Below the pieces are notes generated by a model. The model saw only the letters and a program-made list of their open reading frames with translations, was not told the DNA's origin and did not search any database. A DNA stretch of 64,000 nucleotides from Hydrolagus colliei (taxonomy: Eukaryota): NCBI GenBank assembly GCA_035084275.1, contig CM068748.1:10230001-10294000 (forward strand), given 5' to 3'. Below are positions 12,331-24,519 of this stretch, piece by piece. Position 1 is the stretch's first letter, and each line of letters starts with the position of its first letter. A program made the translations under genes and the position numbers.

Positions 12331-13742
12331 GTGTATGCATTTGCCATATTAAAATAACATGCATGTGTTATTTAAACATGGCTGAATAAACAATAAAACT
12401 TAGTGTTCTCACTGATCCACGGCTACTAATGCAGAACATTAATAATGCTTAAAGCAGACTTACGGGAAAAGTTACAATTTTAAAATTATAGATCAGGATT
12501 AGATTTCAAAGGTTCTATATCAGCAACTAGACCTCAGTGATACTTTTACTGTCAATCGCAGACTTTTAAAGAAAGTTCTTTATATTCATGAAAGACAGGA
12601 AATTAAAAGGTTTTATTCCCAGCCTAGTCATAAAATATAACTGTCACTGCAATAATATTAGTTCTTACGATTCAACAATGCATCATAATATGACGTGTTT
12701 ATATTGAACATTTTAATAACATTGGAAGCAATCACATTGGTTGCCTTAAGCTAAATGCTGTAGGCCTTTTACTGATTACAAAATAGGCCATTTATAGTTT
12801 ACTCCTTTAGTCTTCACCCCCCTTGAAAATTCCTCGATTTAAAATGCTACCTTTGTTCTTAACAATAAACAGACTCACTGATTTATTCCAAAGTGCTTTG
12901 TATCCAAAATAACTACAAACCTATCAAACCTGTCTTCAATAACCACTCAGAGGACTGGACCAAATTAGTCTTTATGTAAAGGTGACCTCCGAATAAGGAT
13001 TTGTTGGTGTGTAAACTGGGCTATTGGAGGTGGGGTGGTTATATTAGAACAGGCTTGTGAGTTTATCTGAGTAAGGCACTGCGCAATTATCACAAAACAT
13101 GTTGAAACTTTTTTGTAATCATTTTAATGCTGTATGCCACAACTGCAATACACAGAAATAAGTAAAAGGAGCAAATAAATATTCAAGGGCAAATAATTGA
13201 CTGTACAACGCAATGTACGAATACATTAAACATTTCCCACTATAATAACCCTTCCCAGAACCTTGTGACGTTCTCCTAATGTGAAAGGAGCTCTATAAAT
13301 GTAGTTTTGTTGTTGTTATTGTTGTTCCATTCTAAGTGTGCATTATAGGATTCAATAACCTTAGTGATCAGAGTGGCACTCCCCAAAAGAAGGGAATGAT
13401 AGAGACATATATAACTCCAAAAGTTTAAAAATCACCAATATCCAGGTTTGTGAGTTCAGCTGGTACTATAGTACTGTACTCAGTTACAATTTGCATTTAC
13501 ATAGTACCTTTCAAAATGGGGAACATCTCAAAGCACTTTAAAAAGACAGATTAGAAGCCTGAGTTAGAAGGGAGATGGCTTGTTGTCAAAGAGGTAGGTC
13601 TTTAAACAGGGTTTCGAAGTAGAGAGGGCAAGAGTGAAATGAAGGGATTTGGAAGTAAAGTTACAGGTATTGGGGGGAGGGGTGGAAAAACGAAAGCAGC
13701 ATAAAAGCTTACTGGCTGATTGTGGGGTGGAGTCAGTGTGGG

Positions 13743-13915
13743 CAACAACAACAACTCTGATTTATATAGCGCCCTCCACGCCGGACGACGTCTCAGAGCG
13801 CTTCACAATAGCGGATCCCGGGACCGAGCCAGGGGCAGCGGCAGAAAGGTGACCAAAAGCGCGATCGAAAAGAAAGGTCTTCAGCTGTGACCTGAAACTG
13901 GGAAGAGAGCACAAA
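13743..13915 (-). mobile_element. L2 3' end fragment
   Basis: Same sequence and (CAA)n tail as the 571-720 copy. Confidence 0.8.
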
Positions 13916-14317
13916 GTAGGCAACAATTAACACAGCAGAAGAAGGAGTAATAATGGGGGTTGGATTGCAGGAAATCAGAGGTAGTATGGGACAAGAACGT
14001 TGAAGTATTTGAAGTCAAGGATTAGAATTTTAAAGTAGATACTGCAGCAACAAAAGTGCAATATCTTAAGATGTATAGATAGGAAATATTGTTACTTTCT
14101 TTACTGGTAAAATAGTTTTGTCCAACAATTTGGCACTCTGTTTCATGTCAGAAGTTTTGGATTTCTGGAATAGAAAGTTCTACTTTCACTGAATGTATGA
14201 AAATGCCCAACTCTAAGACAGACACATGACACACAACACACGAGCAGTCCACGCAACATCCAAGTGCAAAGGGAGATACGTATAGTACTGATAAACATTT
14301 GGACTGATGAACTATTT

Positions 14318-14412
14318 TCAGATTTCATAGTTTCTGAATTTTTGTAGTAGTTCTGAAGGTGCATCCGCAGAACAACGGAAATTGTAACGGCAGTAATTTG
14401 CATCAGATATGC
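14318..14412 (-). CDS. DNAJC12: DNAJC12 exon 5
   Basis: (S)ISDANYCRYNFRCSADAPSELLQKFRNYEI*; acceptor ttttgcag. Confidence 0.95.
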
Positions 14413-17400
14413 CTGCAAAAAATAAATTAAAATATTAATAAAAAGTTATTAAAACAACAGTTCAGCACAACCAGCACATTTTCCATTTTTATCCCTCAAT
14501 CGTGAGCGAGTCTGTAGCCTGGGAGTCAGACCTGCGATTTATCATTTACACAGTTTCTTTCCATTCACATTTAGTTCTACTGTTAACAGATAAGAGCAAG
14601 CAGAAACAGCTTGAGATACTGCTGTTGTGATTTTCATCTGCAACACTACATCCCAGCAATTATGTAAAAACAACAGGAGAACTGAATGGTACAATAGTTT
14701 AGAACTCTGCCATTTCCCATCATAGATGGTATTTGCATTCAGACCATTGCATTTTCAGTCCTGTTGCTCAGCTGTTAAAGCACTCACCTCGCAAGCGAGC
14801 GACCTGGAGATAATAATCCCTCAAAAAAATAATTTGGTCACTTAAACCACAACTGTTTGTAGGACACTGCAGTGCGCAATTGGCTGCTGGGATTCGCCCA
14901 CACATATGCAGCCAATTCACATATATTCTGAAGCTATATTAATTGCAAGCATTATTATTTATTGGCAGTTCTCTCACTGCTGTAAGGATGCAACGTGAAA
15001 TTCATAATACAGCATTTACTGGATTGAGCAACCCTCACAAAACCAACCACAATTCTACACAAATTAACATTTGATAATGTAGGAAATAGAAAATTTGTAT
15101 TAAAAGCAACACAGATCTTCTAGCTGAGATCTTGACACATTGGATCTGCAATTCCACCTGGTCTTTTAAACTTTAAAATCAACAAGAATTATGCAAACTA
15201 CTTAAAAATAATTGACTTCCAAGACTGAATTTAAGAGCTTTGGCAGAAAGATGTACGGCACAAATGCAGGCCACTTGGCTTATTGTTCCTGTGATGGCTC
15301 TCTGAAAGCATTATCCATTTAGTTCCACTCTACAGCCCAACATGTCAAAAACGAAGTGAATATCTAGAATTGGGTCAGAATTAATATTTTGATTTAGGCT
15401 TTTCTAAGAACTAATATCTAAGGATGGATCATGGTGGTAAATGAGTCAGATAATGAGCACTCCATTGTGTTTACTCGCAAAATTATGTTGTTGTTTACTC
15501 ACTTGGTGAGGTGGGACTATTTGGAGAATGTAGATCATCGTCTCCCCACCTCTTCTCTTTCGTTCCAGCCCTATCTAAATTAGTGGGTTCCATTTCACAA
15601 CTTGAACCTTCACGAATTTCTTCCTCTGGTGGCTGCATTTGTTCCCCTTGCTTTGTGGAGGCTTCAGAATCCGTAGAGGGTCCCTCCAGCATATGTTCTT
15701 TCTTGCTTCTTACAGCCCAGTGCATGGACTAGGAGACATAAGATGACAAATGCAATTCTTCCATAAAAATAATAAAAAGTTCCTTCTTCAGTAAGTATTC
15801 AACTGCTCACTCTTCTGATAGTGTAAAACACATTTTTTAAAAAAACAAAAACTATTCAGACTACTGTATATTAGGGAACGGCGATATATCGATATATCGC
15901 TAAAACCCGATCTGATTTTCATATCGATATTCCGATATAGACATTTTAAAAATATCGATATATCGAAAAACGATATATCGAGGTAAAAAATCGGGATGCG
16001 AGCACAATCAACTACAAGACCCAGAATGCTCATCTCTATACACAATGCACAGACCGAGGTGCAAAGCCGCCATCTTGTATTCATAGTCCTCGAATACAAT
16101 ATACAGGTATGCAAGGGGTGGGGGGAGAGAGACGGCTGTGGGTGGGGGGGGGTGTGAGGGGGAGAGAGACTGCTGGGGGGGGGGGGTGAGGGGGAGAGAG
16201 ACAGCTGGGGGGGGGTGATGGGGAGAGAGACGGCTGGGGGGAGGGGGAGAGAGACGGCTGGGGGGGGGGGAGAGGGGGAGAGAGACGGCTGGGGGGGGAG
16301 AGGGGGAGAGAGACGGCTGGGGGGGGGGGGGGGGGAGAGGGGGAGAGAGACGGCTGGGGGGGGGGGGAGAGGAGGAGAGAGACAGCTGGGGGGGGAGAGG
16401 GGGAGAGAGACATAGAGAGACACAGACAGAAAAACACAGAGATGGAGAGAGTGAGAGACACAGAGAGAGAAAGATATTTACCTCCTGAGAAGATAGGCCC
16501 CGAATGCGCCCGCACCCGGAATGCGCGCGCGCATGCGCAGTATGAAAAAACTGAAAATATCGATATTTCGGTATATCTCGATATGAGCCAACCGATATAT
16601 CCATATCGGGAAATTCCCATATCGCCGTTCCCTACTGTATATACAATTCAGCAAAACTAAGCTTCTTAGTTTGCAAACACATAGCATAAATGTAACAAGA
16701 ATTTTATTAATGTTAGGCTTGAATTAACAGTAGAGAAGCATGCATAATTAGCAAGAAGCTAGCAGTCACTTTTCACATACTGTGCATTCATTTGGAAAAC
16801 CTAGAAAAAAGTCATTTAAAGTAGCTCACCTGGTAGCAAATGAACCTTGAAAATACTGTACTGCAAACAAATTACTGCAGTCAATTCATTAAGTGCAAGA
16901 TATTAATTTTAACAAATGACACTGATCATTTATTGAAAATACATAAAGCTACCCAAGGAGAAATATAAGTTCCCTCCCCCTCCAACCCCCCATATTTCAG
17001 TTCATGATGTCTGATCACTGAAAATCCAAAAGCAGCAATGTAAGAGTTAAAAGCCACTCCAACCATTCAGGCAGCCATTCTTGCAACAGAACAGCAACAG
17101 ACATTCCACCATTTCACCAATATTCTTACTTCACCACATCATAAATACAGTGAACCAAAAATCAGAGCCTACATTCATAGCCCCAACCTATGAAATGAAG
17201 ATGATCTTTAGATGCTGAGAAATGAATTGCCTCAGACCCACTATGTGTTGGGCACAACAATGAACCTTTCAGTTACCATCACAACCTCCAGTCATTCAGG
17301 CAGATGATGCTTTTTAAACTAGAAATACATTCAATAGGATCTGCCTGTGATTGGTCAAGATACTGTACAATACATTCAGGTTAGTGCAAAAAAAATCCAA

Positions 17401-20400
17401 TATAAAGGAAGGTTAAACTGAGTTGTTCTTCCTACTGAAGAGGGTTTATTTTTTATCTTGATAAAAGTTTTGTTCAGTGTTTCAATAGTTCAATAGACAT
17501 TTAGAGAACATTTAAAGACAAACATCTGTGAATACTAAGGGCATGGTACTATATTTTCTGACATATCGAGCGATTCTGACATCAAGCTAATTGTGACTTT
17601 CTCTCAATGACAGAAGTTTCTAACCAAACCAGGGCAAAAGTACGATTGACCTGAAAATATCCCTTTATTTCTCCTGGTTTCTGATCTAATTGATCCAGAA
17701 AATAAAAGCTATTTGTCTAGTTTTCAAGTACTACCATTCACAAAGAAAGGATCCACCTACAATTTTGTATTTTTATATAAATGTTGTTACGAAATTAAAT
17801 CAACCAGAATTATGCAAACACACCACAAGCACACACAACACACAGAACACAAATCAATTTATAGCAGCAACTACGTAGGGAGATTATACAAAATAATCTA
17901 GAGATGCAGATATCCAGATAACTAATGACTATATAAGTATAATTTCCATTTGTAACCTCAAAACATCCTAATGAAGATCTCTTTCCCAGTTTGAAAAACA
18001 AATTCAAGGCTACAATTCACCGTTTTTTTTAGACAACTAAAGTTATTTTCAAAACAATGGTGGTTGTTAAGACAAATTCTTCCAAACACAATCCAATTGG
18101 GAACTTTAGTTATGGTAGAGGAGGTTGGTTTGATAAAACTATTAGCAAAGCTTTTGAATCGTAAAAACTACTTACTGCTTTTACAGCATCACTCAGCGCT
18201 TCCCACTGATGAAATGAAATTGCGATTCTACTGCGGAACCAGAAGTCATAGCGAGAACGCCTCTCTATATCGGTCAGGATTTCCTTAGCTTCCTGCAACT
18301 TTTGAAACTGTATCACTAAAGTGTGAAAATAAAAACAAATTTGCAATAAATACATTTGACAAACCAAAAAAAATTACGAGTTCCAAACAATAATAAATCA
18401 CAAACAATTTTCCCTAGAACCTCCATGGGTGATCTTTGATGGTCAGGTATTTGACTCTGAATGAGAAAGGTTGTGTGGTTAAAAAGAATGTGTGCAGCAG
18501 TGCTCACAAGCAGCAAAACGTTGATCAAATCACCTCAACAAAGCGAGTCATGCTAATTCCATCTCCCTGGAATTATAGGTCTTAATACAGACTATATTAT
18601 TGTGTCTCCCAATTCTCCTTCACATCTTCCATTTCTTCCACTTAAAAATATTTCCATTGAATAAAACCATAGGATAAAGATTGCAACACCACAAAGATAA
18701 TCTGATTCACTCTTTCAGCAACCGAGCATTCCAAATCAAATTTGGACAGCTCCTTGCAGAGCTGGCACAGACACAATTAGCCTCCTGTGCTGTATAATTC
18801 TATGAAACAGCTCTTGAAACAAAATGCAAATGGAAAATATTGTATCCCTGCAAGTTCTGCATCAGTCTGGCTCTGGGTCCAATACACTGAAGTGAAATGG
18901 AGAAGCAAAGAGCTGCACTAGCTATCATCATATTATGCTTTTTCTAATACACAAACTGATGATTATTTCATTGGTAACCACCAACTATTAGTCACAAACA
19001 ATATTCTCTCTATCTCTAATGGTGGAACTGGAGAGACCGGCGAGGAGCGCATTGGAGTAATCCAAGCGGGAGGTGACAAATACATATACGAGGGTTAGAA
19101 ACAGTCAGAGGTGGGCAATGCGGGCAATGATATACAGCACCTAGTTAACTTGGTCCTACTTGTGTGAATAAATGTGGTGTTATTCTACTTTTTAGTGGTA
19201 AAACTATAGCATCATTCCCATTTACATAGCAAATTAAAATGTAAATCACCCTCTCATCTGCCACCACACCCGAGTTCAATGGAATTTAAGATGATTAAAT
19301 CCACAATGAATAAAACACAACCTAGCAACTTCAGTAGTAAATGTGAGCAACACAATACTAAGATTCATTTATTTACGAAAGGATGTGATGGCAATTAATG
19401 ATAAGCCATTGAGGAAGTATTTGCAGAGATTTTACACATATCATGATAAACAAAAGGAAATGGTACTAACTACTGTACATAAGTATTTTGTTTTCTATTG
19501 AAAGTGTTTTTAATCCTGCCATTGCAAGAATTTCATGAACATTTAAGCATAGAAACAAGTCTTTTGGTCTAATTAGGTGTTGTCAGTGTTTATACTCCAC
19601 ATGAGCCTCCACCTCTTTTTATCGCCTCTCCTATACCCTACTATTTTCTTCTCCCTCAACAATTCCCTATATAAAATTGGTCATTTACCTCATGGTTATT
19701 TGTGGAACCTTGTTTTATGCATTTTTTTTATTACTGCTGTACTCACTCAACACAAAACCTGAAATAGTGAAATTCTTCACCTAATCACCAATTTAAAAAG
19801 AAACAACAACAAAATTGCATTTGTATTGAGCCTTTCACATCGGGAGGACGTCCCAAGGCACTGGACTGTCAATGTTTCAGACCCGAACTAGGGTCTGGAA
19901 TTGGGGCGGGTGGAGGGAAAGGAGGGGATTTGGGGTGACAGATGGGACCACCGAAAAGGAGGGTCTTGAGGCGGGACTTGAAGGAGGCTAGGGAGGAGGC
20001 GAAGCGAAGGGACTGAGGGATGGAATTCCAGAGGTTAGGGGCAGTGGCTGAAGGCTCACCCACTGATGGTAGGGTGGGTGGGTCGGGGGACATGGAGCAG
20101 GCTGGAGCCTGCTGAGCGGAGGGGGTGGGCAGGTTTGTAGAGATCGCAGAGGTAGGGTGGGGCAAGGCCATGGAGGGCTTTGAAGGTGAGGATCAGGATC
20201 TTGAATTGAATCCTCTGAATGATGGGGAGCCAATGGAGTTGGGCAAGAATGGAGAAGATGGGGTCATGGAGCTTGGAGCAGTAAAGGACATGGGCCGTAG
20301 AGTTCTGGATTACCTGCAGCCTATGGAGGGAGGAATTAGGAAGGCAGACAAGCATTGGTGAGTCTGGATGTGATGAAGGCATGAATGAGAGGTTGAAACA

Positions 20401-22495
20401 GGTTGACATTTCAGTTATAATCTTTCATCTAAACCTGAAAGTCACATCTGAAACGTTAACCTGCTCTTCTCTTTTATGTGCTAATTGACTCGCTGTGGTT
20501 TTCAGAATTTGCAATTTTTCTTTCCCAGTCTGATAGTTGGCAGAAAAACAAGTGTCTATTTTTCAAAGAAAAAATGAAACTATTGGAGTCTGACTTCATT
20601 AAATCTAAATTTGAATAAAGTATTTGAACAAAAGTTTCTGCTTGGAAATAAACATTTATAATGATAATATTAATAATCTTTACATTTAATATATCACCAA
20701 ATCACATCATTGAGACATCTCAAAATGCATCACAGGATATACTGCACTGTGAAGTGCATTGACTGTATTTTGTGAGCAAAGCATGGCAGACAGTTGCGCA
20801 CAGCAATATCCCACAAACAGCCATGGTGTGAACAACCAATTTTATTAGGGTGGGTGGAAAGAAATGATGTGATTTGGTGATATATTTTAAGTGGAAGAAA
20901 TGGAAGATGAACTTGTCCAGCAGTGGAAGGAGAGAGAGGAAATGGAACGTGGAAGTTGGGAGATGATGAACTTTGCCAGGTGAGCAAGTGATAGTTATCC
21001 TGCTATCAGTGCCACAGGCTGGATCTTGACGAGAGTGAGCAGGAAGTCAGCATAGACTTTAATTTAAATCCTATCCACTTGTAAATCTGATAGGAAAACA
21101 TTGCACCTGGAGGCATTATGAATACAGACATTCAAGGTGAAAATAGATAACTGTTTTGGAATCCTTTTTAAAAAGAAAAAAGAAATATACACTTGCCAGC
21201 TTTGGGATTATCAGGATGCTTGTCCGGATGACATTGAAGTGCCTTCGTTTTAAACTCAGTGAGGATTTGTTCTGTCTGACAAAGAAACATCATTATACAA
21301 TTTGGGATAATTAAATAAAATGTAATGGAAATGACAATGAGAATTAAAAATACAATTGATGGATTAGACATTCTTTGAAGTAACATTTCTTCTTGCATCC
21401 CTTATTGCCCTTTCCCAATGCATTTGATTTGTCTGTTGAGTTTCAGCCAGGATCTTAACCTTTCAGGAAATTAATGATTTGCTCTGCAGCACTACACTCT
21501 CCATGGTAACAATTACTCACACACTTCCATCTGGCAGATTCCGGATGTTTCTGCACCTACTGGACTCATCCGGGGGAAAAAAACTAATCAAATCCATTAC
21601 TACCAATAGTAATCATCCTTGCATTTGATACAGCATTTTTCACGCCTTCTAGGCATCTCAAAGCATTTCACGGAATATACTGTAAAGTTAATTGACTGTA
21701 TATTTGAGGGTGAAAGGCTCAATTAATAAAACTGACAAAATGAAAGAGCTGCTCGTTTAAGGAAACAAAGACTGGTGAACTTTCAAATATTAAAACAGTA
21801 GATCCTTTAATTGAATGTGTATTCTAACTGTAAATCAACTCGAAATACATAGATTATTAGCAATCCCTGACATCATCTCTATTTTGAATTACTGTATTGT
21901 ACATTGAGGTCAGGTTAATAAACCCTGAATCACATCATAGGGTAAACTCTAAGTCACTTGGAAAACATCCTGTCCACAGCTTTCAACCCAAACTCGCGAA
22001 TTTGTCAATACTGAATGTTTTATTCTTCCCAATGAAATCTCATGTCCAGGTTTGCTTGGCTTTTACACGAAGCACATTTGAGACATCTCAGCGGTGTGCT
22101 CGGGCACTATGTGAACAGCAAGGATTACTATTATTACCAGGAGACGTGCTGAAATAACACAAACGATGACAATTATTCACAAAAGAACTCTGATAGGAAA
22201 AATGCATAAATACTTCTTTGCTAGAATTTACAGGCGTTTAGCAAACAGCATGAGAACTGGACACATTGCAAAATAGTGCAGCGGTCAATAACCCCAATAC
22301 ATTCCCAGCAAATAAATACCCAGAGAAACTCCCAGAGAAACCAGGAGTTTCATTGCAAACGCGCAGCTACAAGCAACAGGGTGAGTGGGAGTGGGTGGGT
22401 AAGTGGGTAAGCCTCACCGAGGAGAGTTCATGGCAGCCCAGGACAGCGTAGAGATCTTCCCGACCCTCGGGTTTGCTCTTCAAAATCTCCTCCAT
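14318..22495 (-). CDS. DNAJC12: DnaJ homolog subfamily C member 12, 5 coding exons, 205 aa
   Basis: Exons 22495-22418, 21275-21197, 18315-18176, 15728-15503, 14412-14318 (78/79/140/226/95 nt). J-domain HPD motif; C-terminal APSELLQKFRNYEI*. Confidence 0.96.
15503..15728 (-). CDS. DNAJC12: DNAJC12 exon 4
   Basis: SMHWAVRSKKEHMLE...PTSP; donor gtgagt. Confidence 0.93.
15872..16634. mobile_element. Non-autonomous hAT DNA transposon with internal G-rich minisatellite
   Basis: Perfect 16-bp TIRs TAGGGAACGGCGATAT; exact 8-bp TSD CTGTATAT (15864-15871, 16635-16642); subterminal ATCGAT repeats. Confidence 0.93.
16114..16470 (+). repeat. G-rich minisatellite (GAGAGAGACGGCTGn)
   Basis: About 9 units with G runs of 7-16. 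Confidence 0.95.
18176..18315 (-). CDS. DNAJC12: DNAJC12 exon 3
   Basis: (V)IQFQKLQEAKEILTDIERRSRYDFW...QWEALSDAVKA; 140 nt. Confidence 0.95.
19803..20390 (-). mobile_element. L2 LINE 3' fragment
   Basis: LQVIQNS..LAQLHWLPIIQRIQFKIL; tail with (CAA)n. Confidence 0.9.
21197..21275 (-). CDS. DNAJC12: DNAJC12 exon 2 (GC donor)
   Basis: TEQILTEFKTKALQCHPDKHPDNPKA; 79 nt; donor G|gcaagt. Confidence 0.93.
22418..22495 (-). CDS. DNAJC12: DNAJC12 exon 1
   Basis: MEEILKSKPEGREDLYAVLGCHELSS|gtgag. Confidence 0.94.
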
Positions 22496-22552
22496 CGGCG
22501 ATGATTGACTCTCAGCCGCGGGGCAGCTTCAATAACCCACCAGGAGACGATT

Positions 22553-23003
22553 GAGAGAGAGAGTGAGAGAGAGAGAGAGAGAGGACTGGGAGAGAGGGCA
22601 CTGGGAGAGAAGGGACTGGGAGAGAAGGGACTGGGAGAGAGAGGGACTGAGAGAGAAAAGGACTGAGAGAGAGAAGAACTGAGACTGGGAGACACAAGAA
22701 CTGGGAGAAGGAGAAGCAGTGAGAGAGAGAGAGAGAGGACTGGGAGAGAGGGCACTGGGAGAGAAGGGACTGGGAGAGAAGGGACTGGGAGAGAAGGGAC
22801 TGGGAGAGAGAGGGACTGAGAGAGAGAGGGACTGAGAGAGAAAAGGACTGAGAGAGAGAAGAACTGAGACTGGGAGACACAAGAACTGGGAGAAGGAGAA
22901 GCAGTGAGAGAGAGAGAGAGAGAGACGAACTGAGAGAAGGACTCAGAAAGAGGGAGGGAAGCAGAAGGACTAAAGAGAGACCCTGTCTGTCTGTCTGTCT
23001 GTC
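22553..23003 (+). repeat. Purine-rich (GGGACTGGGAGAGAA)n / (GA)n array with higher-order duplication
   Basis: Two ~160-185-bp higher-order units built from ~15-bp subunits. Confidence 0.93.
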
Positions 23004-23699
23004 CTGGCTAATGTATCTCTGTGACAAGCGGGTTTCCGATGCTTTGGGGGCAGCGCGGCTTCTTAAAGAGGATCGAGAAGCAGAGGAGGTGCCGACCAGC
23101 CCTGAGCCCATTGGAGTGACACCTGGACCACCCCACATGCGCACTACAGCATCTCACTCACTCACACTGGGAACCAGGGCAGCAAAGTCCATTTGATTCG
23201 CTTCTTTTGTTTTAAAAAACAGCTGTAACTTTTTTTTTGCAGTAAACTCTTATCTATCCATCTAATCATCTCGAAAATGTCCACCCAGAGCTCTAGGTAA
23301 GTCACCAAAGTGCACAATGTCATTAAGGATGACTTCTTCATGTCCCTCCATCCCCTCTGCTCTATCAGTGCCAACCTTGCTTGCAGCTACTGTGCCCTGA
23401 AACTCTGTAACTCCCTGCCTCAATCCCTCCGAATTGCGCCCTCCTTACCTGTCTTCAGATCACACCTAAATACACCTGTCTTATGTTTCGCTGTTAGATA
23501 GCGAATCGCTTATGCTGTGCGACTGTTTCTCAGTGTATATACGGGGTTCTCATTTTGTGTGTATGTATTTCAGTAATATAGAGGCGGCTTTCATATTTGT
23601 ATGTATCTCAGTGACTTGCATTTATATAGTGACCTTCTCCGAGCATTCCAGAGTGAATTTCGCGCTGTATGTGTATCCCAGTGTGTGTACCCATATACA

Positions 23700-23995
23700 G
23701 CATTCGTTGCCTTCGCTCTAACCGGTCTGGTCTCCTCCTTGTCCCCCGAATCCTCCGTTCCACTGTCGGCAGCCAGCCGTGCCTTCAAGGAACTACGCCC
23801 CGAGGCACTGGAACTCCCTTCTTCACTTCCCTCGCCCCCTCCATTCCTATTTTCAGGTCCTGCCTAAAGACTTTTCTTTTCGACCGCGCTTTTGGTCACC
23901 TTCTGACCCCTTCCCCCTGGCTCGGCCCTGCGATCCGTTATTGTGAAGCACTCTGAGACACAGACGATCTATAAATCTAATTTTGTTGTTGTTTT
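23700..23995 (+). mobile_element. L2 3' end fragment
   Basis: [24 protein letters not shown]; (TTG)n tail. Confidence 0.85.
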
Positions 23996-24048
23996 GTTCT
24001 GTTCTGTATGTGGTTGTCACTCTGTGCCTGTGTGTGTTATATCAGTGT

Positions 24049-24375
24049 GGAGCTCCTGTGGCTCAGTGGTTAGAGCACTTGTCTTGCAAGCTGGGGAGAC
24101 CGGTGTTCGAATCCAGGCAGGTCAGGGCGAAACCTTGGGCAAGTTTCCTTACTCCACACGCCTAATAATAATCCCTCCAAAAAAAAACACAATAATAAAA
24201 TTGGTCATTTCAATCCACGACTGTTTGTGGGACATTGCTGTGTGCAATTGGCTGCCGTGATTCGCCCACAAATATATACAGTCAATTCACTTTACAGTAC
24301 TGTATATTCTGTGAAGGGCTTTGGGACGTTGATAAGACGTGAAAAGCGCTATATCAAATGCAAGTATTATTATTA
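24049..24375 (+). mobile_element. Full-length tRNA-derived SINE (Deu-domain-like)
   Basis: A box TGGCTCAGTGG, B box GTTCGAATCC, core tgtgggacattgctgtgtgcaattggctgcc, tail ..tatcaaatgcaag(TAT)n. Many copies in the window. Confidence 0.9.
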
Positions 24376-24519
24376 TATGTGGCTAGCTTTGTGTGTGTAA
24401 CTCACGGTGTATAGTGCTGTCACACATGTATCTCAGTGTATAGAGGTGGCTCTCACTGTGTGTAGGAGGTGATCATTCTGTGTGTATCTCAGTGTATCAG
24501 TGACTGTCACTGTGTGTAT

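Noticed and set aside
15788-16620. Long Pro/Ser-rich ORFs
   Set aside because: They come from the G-rich minisatellite inside the hAT element; no transposase motifs.
22480-23144. Ser/Leu-rich ORFs upstream of DNAJC12
   Set aside because: Low-complexity GA repeat translation.
24049-24125. tRNA-like sequence (also at ~25410-25470 and 63690-63765)
   Set aside because: These are SINE heads with no complete cloverleaf, continuous with the SINE body.
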